Shown one piece after another: positions 49,611 through 62,339 of a stretch of 64,000 bases of DNA (positions are counted from its first letter, which is position 1; each line of letters opens with the position of its first letter). The stretch is taken from contig VJWM01000016.1 of NCBI GenBank assembly GCA_010909165.1, forward strand, positions 496,001 to 560,000, given 5' to 3'. The translations under genes were made by a program, and so were the position numbers. The notes beneath the pieces were generated by a model. It saw only the letters and a list, made by a program, of their open reading frames with translations. It made no database searches and was not told where the DNA came from. Origin of the DNA: Anthoceros angustus (taxonomy: Eukaryota; Plantae; Anthocerotophyta).

Positions 49611-51298
49611 GGATGTGCGAGCTAGCCAGACGGAAGGAACTTGTTGCCCGACCTCGGGTGGCGCCCTCAATCTATCACATCGCTGTCCTCCTCGCTTGAG
49701 TCCCCAAACTGCAGATCGGTGCCTTGCCACAACCCGACCACCTCCATGATGTGCGGCGTGCAAGTGGGCTTGGCATATGGGGCCACACGATCTCGGACCT
49801 TCTTCCGATGGCGCTTGCGTGCCTTGGCCCGTTCCATTCGATGCAAGTAGTGTGGCCAAGGTGACTAGTGACTTTTCATTGACAAATGGTGATACTCACC
49901 TCCGCGAAGAGGGTGCCTGGGCCAGCTTGCCTAATCCGGCTTGAAGATTCCATGTCCCTCCCCACACCAACCACTCCTCCCAAGTGCGCCGCCATTGCAT
50001 ACAAGAGCGAAGTCCGCAACTGATCTCCACAAAGGACAAAGGCGGGCTAGCTTGCGTGGTCTCTGAAGTGCTTGCCGGCTTTAAATTGCCAATGCCGGAG
50101 GCCACTCGTGTGCATAAGGCCACGAAAGGGTGGGTGACATGATTACTACTAAACATGCCCAAGTGTAAGGAAAGCAAGGCCTGGATGGCCAATCACGATA
50201 GATTTTGAAAATTCGACCTCGATCCTTTCAATTTTGTCGAACCATAGGGGACCAAAGATTTGAGGCCAACGTGACCAAGAGTCCGACATGACAAAGAGTG
50301 CATGGAGTGCTTTGTTTGCAATGATTGAAAATGGGAAAACTAGGGCCATTTACCCGAGATAAAGAATTTCACAATCAAGCCGATAACAAAGAAGTCAGGA
50401 AGCAATGTCTCAAACACATCCACAAAGTTCTTAACGCTTCATGCTTGCTATAGCCCACTACAACTTCTCGAAGGTTGCTACTGCCTTCAAGGACAACACA
50501 TGAACTTGAAACCACCGGGGTGGTATCGCTTACCACCCGCTGGCCCTCTTTCAGTTTTCAAACCTATTTGTTATTGCCGTTAGAACCTTCAACATGTGGA
50601 CAATCAACCTCTTGCTGGTCGAGTTGCGCCCAAGTCACCCAGCCTCCCGAGTCATAAAGATTGTCTCAGTTTAGGCGGATCTGACCAATGTTTGAATTTT
50701 GTCCAGAACTCCTTTTGCACCTTGAAGCTCGAAGCTACCTTGAATGTCATGCTCCAACTTGAATTTGCACATAGCTTGGTGCGGCTTATGCGTCCGACAC
50801 CCACTCGGCCTCGAAGCACTCTCGGATCCCAGCCGGCCCCGGCCGCCTTGCAAATTCTAACGTGCCTTCATTAGCATTCCTACATCCAGCAGATACCCCA
50901 ACTCCCAAGTCGGATCGTGCTTTGAAAGATCCAAAGGATACAAGCTTGACATTCCAACCGGAGCGGAATCACAACATGCACTGCCCGTGCGGTCCTTACA
51001 CCGGCGTTGCTCATCAAGCACAAGCGTGAGCGGTGAATCAGCATCCTCCTCACATTCAACGTCTTGATGCAGGCGGAAGGTGAGTAGACACTTCTGGCGG
51101 TGGCATGGGCTCCCTCCGAACTCCCGAGTTTGGTTTGCCATGGACCCTCCACGCCCCGGCCCCGGTGTGAATGAAGAGTCCACATCACGCAACACCGCAC
51201 TAACAACGCGCGCACTAACCACTGTCCGTCAAAATAAGCGGTAAGAAGGATTGTGAAAGCGGCACGTCTGGAGTAACCTAACAAGCGGGCGAGTAACC

Positions 51299-51855
51299 TA
51301 ACCATCCCCACATCCCACATCACATCCCACATCACACATCCCCACATCCCACATCCCATCCCCACATCCCACATCCATCCCCACATCCCATCCCCCACAT
51401 CCCACATCCCCATCATCCCATCCCCACATCCCATCCCCACATCCCATCCCATCCCCACATCCCACATCCCCACATCCCATCCCCACATCCCCACATCCCA
51501 TCCCATCCCCACATCCCATCCCATCCCATCCCATCCCATCCCCACATCCCACATCCCACATCCCATCCCCACATCCCCACATCCCACATCCCACATCCCA
51601 TCCCCACATCCCATCCCATCCCCACATCCCATCCCCACATCCCACATCCACATCATCCCCACATCATCCCCACATCCCATCCCCACATCCCCACATCCCA
51701 TCCCCACATACCCATACCCACATACCCACATACCCACATACCCACATACCCACATACACATCCCACATCCCACATCCCATCCCACATACCCACATCCCAC
51801 ATCCCCACATCCACATCATCCCCACATACCCACATACCCACATACCCACATACCC
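51299..51855. repeat. Low-complexity (CCCACAT/CCCAT/CCCACATA)n tract, ~555 bp
   Basis: Read directly; no G on the plus strand. Confidence 0.97.
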
Positions 51856-51869
51856 AGTAGTTTTGAGCT

Positions 51870-54800
51870 AGCTCCCACTCGCATCTATTAGGGCGAACAT
51901 ATATAAAGCGACGTTATAGCACGAATTTGGGTCACAAGTCTTGAGCCAAAAACATTTTTGCGGTGACCTTGCAAAGCCTATAGTGTGACAACATAGTCTA
52001 GTAAACTCGGCACCCGAAGCGTGTGACAACATAGCATCCATGCGGCCCGGAACAATGTGAAAATAGAAACCTCGGGGCACGCGCTTGCATTAATTTGTTC
52101 TCACCTCGCGGTCTGTTGATCAATCGGGTTGTGCTCATCTCAAGACCACAGTTGATCATGAACCACCATACTACGACTTCCATGGTAAGAGTACTCACCT
52201 TCCTCGGATGCTTTCATAGACATAGGCGGTGACTTGTTCACAGGCTTGATTGGTTAGCCTATATATGGACTTCTCCATTGCCCATGTGGTGCCATTGTGA
52301 ACTTGCATGTCGAACAATTTGAGTGGCAAAATGCATTCCTCGGATCCCAAGGCAAGCTATACGAGACTCGGGCAAATGCTTTTCCAACATATAGTATTGT
52401 CCAACAACCACCTCCTCGCACGGAATTCTCTTTTACTCCAAGGGCAATCGAGACTCCAATAACGTGTGCTTGGCCTTAGTGCAAGTCAACGTAAAAATCC
52501 AGCCCTTCATGCGAGTGCAAGACAAGGAAGTTATCTCCAACTTCCAAGATATACGCCATCTACGAGACATCATCAACATCATCATCCTCATGCTTCAATT
52601 GTTGGAAGTGCATGATCGGCAATCATCGGTCTGCGAGGACTTGCTGGTCAACGCTTGTCGTGTTTATGCGGGGCCAGCCGGCATGAGGTGTGATTCGCAC
52701 TAACCTCAAAAGCCGCATGAGGCACCATTTCACGCGAATGGTTGCTCTCCATACACTACAGAAACATGCAAGGCTCCGCATTCGCAATTGCGTGGTCATG
52801 CATGTCACAACCATCTGTGCATTTGCTTGGATCGGTATGGGGTCACAACCAAATTTGTTTGACGGTTTACCTCTGTCTTTCCAATGAGCCAAAAACATTT
52901 TGTAGCGCCGCACCTTGCAAAGCCTATAGTGTGACAACATAGTGTACTCGGCACCCGAAGCAGTGACAACAACATCGATAGCGGCCCGGAACAATGTGAA
53001 AATAGCAACATCGGGGCACGACAGCTTGCATTAATTTGTTCTCCTGCACGCAGTACAGTGTGTTGATCGAATCAGGTTATGCTCATCTCAAGACCACAGA
53101 TTGATCATGAACCACCATAACTACAGCTTCCATGGTAAGAGTACTCACCTTCCTCAGATGCTTTCATAGACATAGGCAGTGACTTGTTCCTGGGCTTCGG
53201 TGGTTAGCCTATATAGCTGGACTTCTCCATCGTGCCCATGTGGTGCCATTGTGAACTTGCATGTCGAACAATTTGGTGGCAAAATGCATTCCTCGGATCC
53301 CAAGGCAAGCTATACGAGACTCGGGCAAATGCTTTTCCAACATATAGTATTGTCCAACAACCACCTCCTCCCACGAATTCTCTTTTACTCCAAGGGCAAT
53401 ACGAGACTCCAATAACGTGTGCTTGGCCTTAGTGCAAGTCAGGTAAAAATCCAGCCCTTCATCTGCGAGTGGGCGAGACAAGGAAGTTATCTCCAACTTC
53501 CAAGATATACGCCATCTACGAGACATCAACATCATCATCCTCATTTGCTTCAATTGTTGGAAGTGCATGATCGGCAATCATCGGTCGAGGACTTGCTGGT
53601 CAACGCTTGTCGTGTTTATGCGGGGCCGGCACATAGGAGGTGTGATTCGCACTAACCTCAAAAGCCCGGCATGAGGCACCATTTCACCAGAATGGTTGCT
53701 CTCCATACACTCTGCGAAACATGCAAGGCTCCGCATTCGCAGTGCGTGGGGTCATGCATGTCACAACCATCTGTGCATTTGCTTGGATCGGTATGGGGTC
53801 ACAACCAAATTTGTTTGGTTTACCTCTGTCTTTCCAATGAGCCAAAAACGCATGATCAGCACTTGCATAAGTGTGCACCAGAGATGTTTCTTTGTGGGTA
53901 CTCCACCACATGCAGCATTTTCCATCCCCGTGATGAGGACGACTGCGGCACGCTTCAAGATGGCACTGCACCATCGTGCTCCCCTTCCGTGCCCACTTCC
54001 AAAATAAGACCAAAGCATGTTGCACCCACATGATGCTAGGATACCGAGCAATGAAGTAGCTAGGTCGACACGCTTTGAATTGGCTAGCCGCCCCATCCGA
54101 CCAGCACGGTGTTCTCGAGGTTGAGGAATCCCATCACGCATCCTTTTAGCAAGTGTTGCACAAATAGAGTGTCATGGACCATGTCATCGCTAATATAAAA
54201 GTGATAGTACTTCTCAATTGATGCGGTCCTCTCCATCACAGGCCATTGCGCTGTAAAAACCAACACCAAAATAGTAACTTACGCGATTGCATGGATTGAA
54301 TCTCATTGGACCCCAAATGCATAGTTAAGCAAAATCGATCACGAAACCACAACATCCGTGGGAACCATTCGAGACAATGTCGAACTCTATCCCGCCACCT
54401 GGATGTAATCATGAAACAGAAACTCCTTCAGCCTTACCTTTAGATACTCCACAAACACGGAAGGATGTGTTTCCCTAAACACTAGTTTGATCCTTTTCTT
54501 GTCGTTGCGATCAGCATCCTTTCCGACTACCTGATATTGAAAACAGCGCCACTTAAGAGCAGCATTTGCCTGAATATCCAAACATGTCTCTAAAGGGCAG
54601 AAGGGAAGTGTGTTGACACCACACGTGTCATATGTTCCTAGCAAGCATGCGGGGAATGCCAGCATCCTCACCCTTTGCACAAAGAACACGCTCACATAGT
54701 GTCTGGCGAAGCCAAACAAGTGGGCGTTACAATGAAGCTCTTGAGCCAAAGGATGAGCACACACAGCGAACAATGACAGCCAGGGTGAACCACAGGCTGC

Positions 54801-56450
54801 CCGGAGGTTATTGAAGGCATCTTTAAGGAATGCCATTTCCACATGATGCAAGCGGGATTGCGCTCTTGCAAGCTCTTAACAAAGAACGGCTTCAACTTCT
54901 CGAATGACCGTTGCCCAACTTGTATTTCCGGGTGTTCTTGGCGAGCGAAGGTAGAACTCTCCGCACATGTCACGAAGAACACACTAATCGACCTAAGAAA
55001 CCTCAATAAAAGCAACACCAAACCCACAATGGAGGCCACATGGAGTCGCCAGATCATATGTGTGCATAGGACATTGGGGTCAAACATGCAAGCTTGGGTC
55101 CCAGCTGACGTAACCACGAAGCACAACAATAACACAAACATGTAACACACTCAGTTCCAGCTGTCTCTATTTGGCAGCATAGCAGGGTCACCACTTAGTT
55201 GCCCAATAGGAAGTCACCCTACGGTTGTATGAGGAAGGGAAACACAAGCAGGTTAGAAGGACCCAAGACACGTCCTTCAGATCAGCAACAACCTTCACAC
55301 AAATCTAAACCTAGCAAGCCAAACTTCACATTACGTCCTTGAGAAGAACAACCTACAATCAACACTTCAAACTCGGAAGTCGTACATACAGACATGTCCA
55401 GAAAGTCGTGATATGTTTGATGAACGTTTTCGGTGCTATTCGCAACCGCTTGGTATCTTTTGTGTTGGATGAAGGACGGGAAGCTGATTCCCAAAAGTGG
55501 ACGATGGTGGCCTTAACATGTGGCGAAAGGATGTCGATCTTGATCTCCTTCCATCACCCAACCGGATCATCACGAGGCATGCCCTCCGCCTTGTGCTTAG
55601 GGCTCGATGGATCCGCCTCCTGCGACTCCAATGTGGTGGGAAAGCGTAGCAACAAGGTGATTGTCTTGGAGATCTTGAGATAAAATGACGTTGAGCAGGT
55701 GTTCCTTGCTGCAAATGGTCTCCAACTTGAGCGCCTTCAAGTTTGTGCAAGCCTCGCACATTCTTCAACAACAATGCTCCTAGTTGGATCTCTTTTGCAT
55801 CCTTTGTAGCCCCGGCCTATACAACTTGAGAAGTGGTAGGTGACTAAACACCTCCAAGATGTCTCTCGACTTTACGCGTGTATGCGGTAAGGCATAAAAG
55901 CGATTGGCTAGTGTACGAGCCACTTCTTGTTCGACGCAGCATTCCCTAATACGAATTGGTGCAAGAGCCCACGCTCTCTATGCTTCGCACCACGGGCTGA
56001 TGTTTTGGCGCCCTCTCCTTCAACTCTCCCAGAAGGAGCATCCTCCCCTACTCTCCTTGGCGCTGCTGGAGGACGTGACTCCTCGTTTAACATCTGCTCC
56101 TGTCCACCTCCAAGATGTATCCCTGCCCTTCTTCTTCCCACACCCTGGACACCGACTTCACGTGAAGCACCTTGGTATTAGTGCTTCACGCCGTTGCAGC
56201 GGCGTTTGTGCGCCCATCGACTCCGTTGTTGGGAAGGTGACGAGCCATACCGTCCCAAAAATAGCCAAGGGTTTGAAGGCACCACCTCAGCGGCACTATC
56301 CACCGTATTTGAAGCGACACCGCCCCCGCTATCCACCAACCCAGCGGACCTACTTGCAACTTGTAGCGCCGTCGAACTGATCCGCTCCTTCCACCGTCCG
56401 CACATGTAGCCACGGAGCTTGTCACGATTACGACTAGCCTCTGAGTTCAA
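51870..56450 (-). mobile_element. DNA transposase of DFAENY / SDD..HD / HGKG..DG type (Sola2-like), frameshifted
   Basis: QRSFEKLKPFFVK, VIDFA(E)NY..NEIQSM, YYHFYISDDMVHDTLFVQH and YFGSGHG(K)GEHDGA. Superfamily assignment is from motif memory. Confidence 0.65.
51942..53850. repeat. ~945-bp tandem duplication within the transposase 3' part
   Basis: tgagccaaaaac at 51942, 52885 and 53839; the intervening sequences are collinear. Confidence 0.88.
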
Positions 56451-56699
56451 GTTGAGTTCTCTGACTAGGTCATTTGCCGGCTAGCGGTATGCACGTACTC
56501 GATCCACTTTGCAAATGATATTCAACCTAAACCATAAATCCGACCCGATTTTTAAACTCATGACATTTGAAGGCAGCGTGGGCCGTTCTCAGCCATGGGT
56601 TCGTGAAATGAAGCGGCAAAAGACTATGTGGGGACATTGTCCTTAAACAAGTTGAATTTTTAAGCATATTTTAATATACCATTCTTTATTAATTTTAAT

Positions 56700-57818
56700 C
56701 CTAGGTTCGTCCGGTTGCGAAGGAAGGGAGCTCGGCTCCATGGCCCATAAGCGGCAAGCAACAGGGAGGAGGAGAACGCCGGCAGCAAGGAAGACGGAGG
56801 CAGCCTTGGCGGCCTCAAGGAGTCCGCCCGCCTACCTGGTGAGCTTGGCCACGAGGCAGGCCCGGCGGGCGATCTGCTCGATTCTGGAGCACCTTTGGAG
56901 GAGAAGTGGGTGCTCGGGCTCATGTGGAGGCGGTCGGCAAGTCGATTCGACCGCCTACCACGAGCTCCTCAAGGCTCGAGGTCCTGCGCCACCCTAGGCG
57001 GGAGGTGGACTTCGAAGGACGGAAGGAGGAGGCGAGGAGGGCGGACAGACAGCTGGCCAGGAGTCCTAGGAGGCGCTGTTTGGCCAGCAGCGAAGGAGAG
57101 CAGCGGAGGAACCGGGAGGAGGAAGGCGCCACAGGAGGTAAGCCTCGGCACCCTCGCATGGAAGGACGAGGAGGATCTTGAAGGGAAAGGGTGCCACCGG
57201 ATCTTGAAGGGAAGGTGCAACCGGCATTGAGGAACCAAGGAGGGCTCGGTGGATGAACCCGTGGCTAGCCAGCGAGGAGGCATGCCCAGGCACGAGGTCC
57301 GGACTTTGTCCGGACTCAGAAAAGGCAGTCCGGCCCCAGGCGTCTGGACTTAGGGATCCAGACTCTAGTGACGAGTCCGCCCCCGAGGTCCGGACCCGAG
57401 AAGGGTTGGAGAGGCCGGACCCAGGCGATCCGGTCCCAGGGCCGGACTCCGGCGGGCGGGGCCGGACCCGGAGGAAGACCGGACCTAGAGGTCCGGACTC
57501 CGGAGTCGAGACAGGGTCCTGAGGTCCAAACTCGGGGAGTGGGGAGAGCCGCCGGTCCTGATCCAACCCCAGAGGCCTGCGCGAGGCCCGGGAGAGAAGA
57601 GGGGAGGACGAGGAGGACTTGGTGGTGACCGCCGTTGTCAGGCCGCCGCCGGTGGCGCAGCCTGACAGACCCTCGGGAAGAGGAAGGGTCCGCCTCGCGG
57701 ATCATCCGATTGGTGCCTGGGGCGGGCTCGGCTTTGGGCGCGGTGCCAAGAAGGAATGAGGGGCCATCCCAGCCCCACCACCGACGGCGGCGATAGGTGG
57801 AATAGGCAGGATAGTAGG
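56700..57818 (+). mobile_element. Internal fragment of the A/B/C giant-LTR family
   Basis: Collinear with B ~7960-9127 (e.g. gaagaggaagggtccgcctcgcggatcatccgatt). Confidence 0.85.
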
Positions 57819-57928
57819 AATAGACATTACTATAACATGAAAAAAAAATCAGACAAGTTGGAAAAGAAATGAATTTTTCATAATTGTAGACATTGCATGA
57901 GGACAAAATAAGAGCGTTTCAACCATTT

Positions 57929-58864
57929 CTAACTAAAGTGAGCACCTAACCATCCACACACCCTTACATTAGCTGTAGGTGGGGCTCTTTGAGGTATTCC
58001 TGCAGCCTTCTTTCTGCATTCATTCTCCCAGTGTCCCGGGATTCCGCACCAATTGCAACTGCCTTTCTTCCTTTGGTTTGGGCCTTGTCTTGCTTGGGGT
58101 GGTCTACTTGATGGACGGTCGTATCTTTCTGAACGTTGTTGTGGCCTATAAGTTCGACCTCGGCCAGGACCAGAACCCACATACATGATGCGGCCAGGTC
58201 TTGAGCTTGAGGAAGCTTGTCGAGTAAGATTGTCTTGTATGAAAGCTGAGAGAACTTCTGTGAGTATACCCTCGGCATCTTTCTTGGCTTGCCCGCCTTT
58301 CTTGAAGGCTTTTTGAGCATCCCGAATTCTGGGGTTTTGTGAGGTGATAAAATCATGATGGCTTGATGGCAGGGTGTAGAGAAACACGGCTGTCGCCTTT
58401 ACCTCATCGATCTGCCAGCCGGAGCTAGTTAGTTTGGCATGGGCTGTTCTGAAGGCAGATATGTGGTGCTGGGCCGTATCTGTGTCCTTCATTTTTAGTG
58501 AGAACAGATTTCTCACTGCTACCACCATTGTGCCAAGATCTTCTGCTTGGTACAAGTTTGCAAGCTGTGACCAAGCTTGGGCTGAGGATGTTGTTCCATC
58601 GACTTGATGTAACATTTGTCGCTCCAATCCTGCAAGTATAAGCTTCCTTGCTTTCTTATCCTTTTTCTTCCATTGATCTATGTCGGCCTGATTTGATTGT
58701 CCCGCATTGAGGACAACTTCTGGTTCCGTGCCATCCACTATCTCCATGAGGTTAGCCTCATCAAGTATGGAGGTCATGCGAACCACCTAGGTATCATAAT
58801 CAGAACCGTTAAAACGGTCTCTATCTTTGACGTCAACATTGTAGTTATGGATGGTGGTACCCAT
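57929..58864 (-). mobile_element. Ty1/copia gag (truncated element)
   Basis: DRFNGSDYDT*VVRM..LMEIVDGTEPE..WKKKDKKARKLI..AWSQLANLY..LYTLPSS, with zinc knuckle CNWCGIPGHWENEC. No pol follows. Confidence 0.9.
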
Positions 58865-59356
58865 GTTATTAGATGTGGTGTGTGTACCACCTGTAATGTT
58901 CCTATCTAGTTGCTGGACTTGGACGGTTTTAGCGTCGTCTAGGTGCATTGCTCGAGGAGGAGGGTCTGGCTAAATGATCTAGATAGAGTGTGATTGTCAT
59001 GATTCTCTTTTCTAATGCTACAAGTCTGGATTCTAGTGTAGGTCGATCATGATTGTTAAATCTGCTAAATCTATGTTCTAAGAAGGCGAGGCGCTGTTCT
59101 TGGATAGGCTCTGTACAGTTTGGGTTGCAGGGTGCTACGTCTGCTAATTCGTCCAGGTGCCTCATTTTCCTTGCAGGTCGTTGAAGCTTTCTGCAGGGAT
59201 ACGCTATATCCAGACATGTGAAGCATTTGCAATATTGCAGTTGCCTCTATATAGGATCCATTGTCTGCAGTTTGCTTAGAACAGAATTTTTGCGATTAGG
59301 GATTCAGATCCCATCTTGCGATGGAAGGAGAGCATCCTTCGTGTGCTTGGCTTACA

Positions 59357-59368
59357 GCTCTGATACCA
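59357..59368 (-). promoter_or_regulatory. Copia PBS (tRNA-iMet)
   Basis: TGGTATCAGAGC on the minus strand. The 5' LTR should lie just right of 59368, but its far end is not resolved. Confidence 0.85.
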
Positions 59369-60070
59369 TAACGCAGATTGGTCATGGAGAGAAGAATCAA
59401 TAAAAATAAGTGTGTGAGGGAGTTTTTGTTTTATGATGCATCATGAGGAGACGTGACTCTAAGGAGAAGTGCGTCGGTTCAATCTACATGCTACATGTGA
59501 CTTATAAGCTAAATTATGAAACGTGCCCTAACTTGCTCAAGGGCGTTTTCGACAAAAAGGCACCTCGAAACCTCTGGCACAGTTCTTTGACTGAAGGTGC
59601 TTGCCCTGCAGTAGGTCTACCAGACTTGCATGTGCACGCCAGAAGAGGCACATTATTGGCTATAAGACGATTGGTGGTCGGAGTGATGCCCATGCGGACG
59701 GCATGGTTGTGATGTGCCCATGGCTCCGCGATTGTGGTGTACCCCCATCATCACATGTGTGTGTAGAGGCTGCTCATGGCTTGGCAGGCACAGCTTGTGG
59801 GAACACTTTCTTGCATGTGGCTTTCCATTTTTCCCAAGTGGCTCTTCATCCGATTTGTTTCTCGGGCAGCAATCTTGTGGCCGTGATGCATTATTCTAGC
59901 GTGTTGTCCAGCGATTGAGTGAGACGATCCATTCAGGGGAGCATATACTGTCCACAGTTACTGCAGTTATGTAACTGTGACTGCGGGAGGGTTAAGGAAT
60001 CAACACGTGGCAGAGCAAGGCATTATGAATTTTAGGTATTTCGTCTTTTGAATACACATTTGTGTCAACT

Positions 60071-60142
60071 GCCGTCTTAGCTCAGTGGTAGAGCGCGTGG
60101 CTTTTAACCACGTGGTCGTGGGTTCGATACCCACAGACGGCG
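60071..60142 (+). tRNA. tRNA-Lys(UUU)
   Basis: Acceptor stem GCCGTCT/AGACGGC, D-loop AGTGGTA, anticodon arm CGTGG-CTTTTAA-CCACG, T-loop TTCGATA. CAA upstream and TTTT ~30 nt downstream. Confidence 0.97.
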
Positions 60143-60180
60143 CAGGCCGAAAGATTCCACATTTAAAATTATTTTACCTT

Positions 60181-60566
60181 AAACTTAATCCACTATGGAC
60201 GAATCTTCTTAAACTTAATCCACTATGGACGAATCTTCTTAAACTTAATCCACTATGGACGAATCTTCTAAGGGTCGAGGACCTATGCAAGCCTGTCGAA
60301 GGATCGTCCACTAAGACGGATTTCCGTCATGGGACTTGGTACTTAACAACTTGTACCATGGTGTGCCTAAGCTACTTGCACCAAGGGCATCCACTCCCTT
60401 TAGGCACCCCATCTAAGTATCGATCTAACAACAAGGACATCCACTCCCTTTAGGCACCCCATCTAAGTATCGATCTAAGCTCAGGATGTTTAACCTTTAG
60501 GCACCCCATCTAAGTACCGATCTAAGCTCAGGATGCTGAATCACGGCGTTAATCAATGGATTAAGG
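60181..60566. mobile_element. Small MITE-like element built of tandem repeats, related to the MULE terminus
   Basis: 3 x 30-bp aaacttaatccactatggacgaatcttctt, a copy of the 35597-35657 motif, and 3 x taggcaccccatctaagta.cgatctaa. A short inverted match CTTAATCCA/TGGATTAAG marks the ends. Confidence 0.5.
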
Positions 60567-60588
60567 GGTTGCCTGCGGCAGATGGCTC

Positions 60589-62030
60589 TTACTGTTTACC
60601 GCTGCATTCAAGATGTGAAGAGCAATGTTCCCAGTCTTGACAGCCTTTAAAGGTCTTGTGTTGCGTAGGAGTTATTCCCGATTCCTCAGCAAGTGCATTC
60701 GATCTATCCGAGGTTCCTGGCCCCAGGATTCTCAATTCCAAAGAGGCAATTGCCCCAATGTTGCGTCCCCTCCTATAAAGCTCGCACAGGCTTGCCTCCA
60801 TACCCATGCTCATCGCTACCAGGCATGGTCGCTAACCACATGGGTATCCACGGTCTCACTGGTACGCTCGAGGAAATGACGTGGTGGCCCGGGACAGAAG
60901 ACACGCTTGTACAGCTGGTAAAGTCCAAAAGCTGCGTGGTTGCAGGCAAGGGCTCTTCGCAGCTGCTGTCGCCACTTGTATGAGCTCATATTCCTCTGGT
61001 TTCTGTATGTTGATTCTCAGAATGACGTTCAGCCTACCCATAACTTGGAAACTCGGGGCATTATGATAGAAGCCAAGACACTTCAGCACATCTCCCACCC
61101 TGTACCTCCACAGGCCCGCAAACACACTAGCTTTAGCTTTACAATATTGTGCAGTCCCTGCTCAAGTTGCACAACAGAAAATGGCTACCGGAATGTGTAG
61201 GTACCACCAGCTCATACTGTTGTGCCTCTCTTACACTTGCTGGATGTACCAATTGCAGGCCAGCGGATTCGCATTGCCCAGGGCTCGATAGGGTTCTGTG
61301 TCACAATCTGCTTCCAGAACCAGGAATCCGAAGTAAGCTATGTCCCGCAGCATCACTAATGTAGTCTCATGTGGCGCAGCAGTTGAACAATGGCCCAAGT
61401 TAGACTACGAGAGCTCCAAGTCCCTTTGGACTTCAGCATCTCCACATATAATCGTGGAAACAAGAATCTGACCGCCGGAAAGGAAGCTGAGCTTCTCCGC
61501 GCACTGAAGCATTGCGCCGGCCGCATCGCAGCTGAGGACTGTCACATTGGGCCAGGTGCCTTCCCAAGGCTTCTTCCCACATTCGGCCCTGATGACGTTG
61601 GCCAGCTCCGGATTTGGCCTCTCCAGAAGCTGCGATACAGCTTCACGAGCTGCACTCTGTGATCTTGCTACTGAGAGCTTGCCTGTCTCTTCGTGGTTGG
61701 AAATGTCCTGCCAGTCCTGTTGAGGATGCTAAAACCTAAAAGCGATGGCCAGACTAGGCGCGAAATGCGAAGCAAGGCTCCTTATATCAGAGGCCCGGAA
61801 AAGGCCGCAAAGGAAATGGCAGTACACGGCTTGTTTGTAGTCTTGGCACAGAGACACAGCTGCCGGACCTGGTGCAGCCCGAGTGCTTACGTACGTGACG
61901 GTTGATGAAAGACCTGGTACCAGGCCTAGTTGTAAGGCCTCCTGGACTCTTGGTTGATTTTCCCGCATGCATGAACTTGAATGTCTGCCGCGTATCTCCG
62001 AAGGCCAGGCCTGCAGCTTCAAGATTAGCT
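60589..62030 (-). pseudogene. GH3: GH3 acyl-acid amido synthetase family gene, frameshifted/partial
   Basis: DYKQAVYCHFLCGL..SHFAPSL, PNPELANVIRAEC..W..WPN, AGLWRYRVGDVLKCLGFYHNAPSF..RLNVILRI, and YRRGR..AIASLELRILGPGT. Confidence 0.8.
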
Positions 62031-62339
62031 CCCTGCATCCCTCGAGGCTGGAAGTTCAGAAAATCTTGATTGCATGGCTCACCGGGGTACCCAACATGCA
62101 AAATCTTACAAAGCGGCAAAACTGTTCTGGATATGTCCATTCGAAATCGTACATAGTGGCAAAACTGTTCTGGATACGTTCCAGACAAAAAGCTGCATCC
62201 TTCGTAGGAACCTTGGGTGTCCGCTAGATACCTGCACAGACTACACAGTACTAGTCTAGAGCGCGAATAACAATTGCAAGCCAAGCCACACAGCCACAGG
62301 TCTGCAGATTAGCAGCTCTGCCGGAGGCTCACACAGCCA

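Larger units (their letters stand above)
42385..50180. repeat. Mosaic segmental duplication of transposon-derived modules
   Basis: 42385-43390 ~ 45160-46195; 43925-44330 ~ 46770-47177 ~ 48193-48598; 43230-45170 ~ 47490-49437; 46190-46778 ~ 49600-50182. Confidence 0.85.

Noticed and set aside
50880-51849. 306-aa and other G/M/W/D-rich ORFs
   Set aside because: Translation artefacts of the stop-free simple repeat.
59953-59979. Hairpin CACAGTTAC/GTAACTGTG as a Helitron 3' end
   Set aside because: No CTRR terminus follows at the expected distance.
35597-60369. 24.8-kb Pack-MULE bounded by the two inverted copies of the gtcatgggacttggtact motif
   Set aside because: The motif copies most plausibly face outward (the left one heads the MULE gene), and no TSD was seen.
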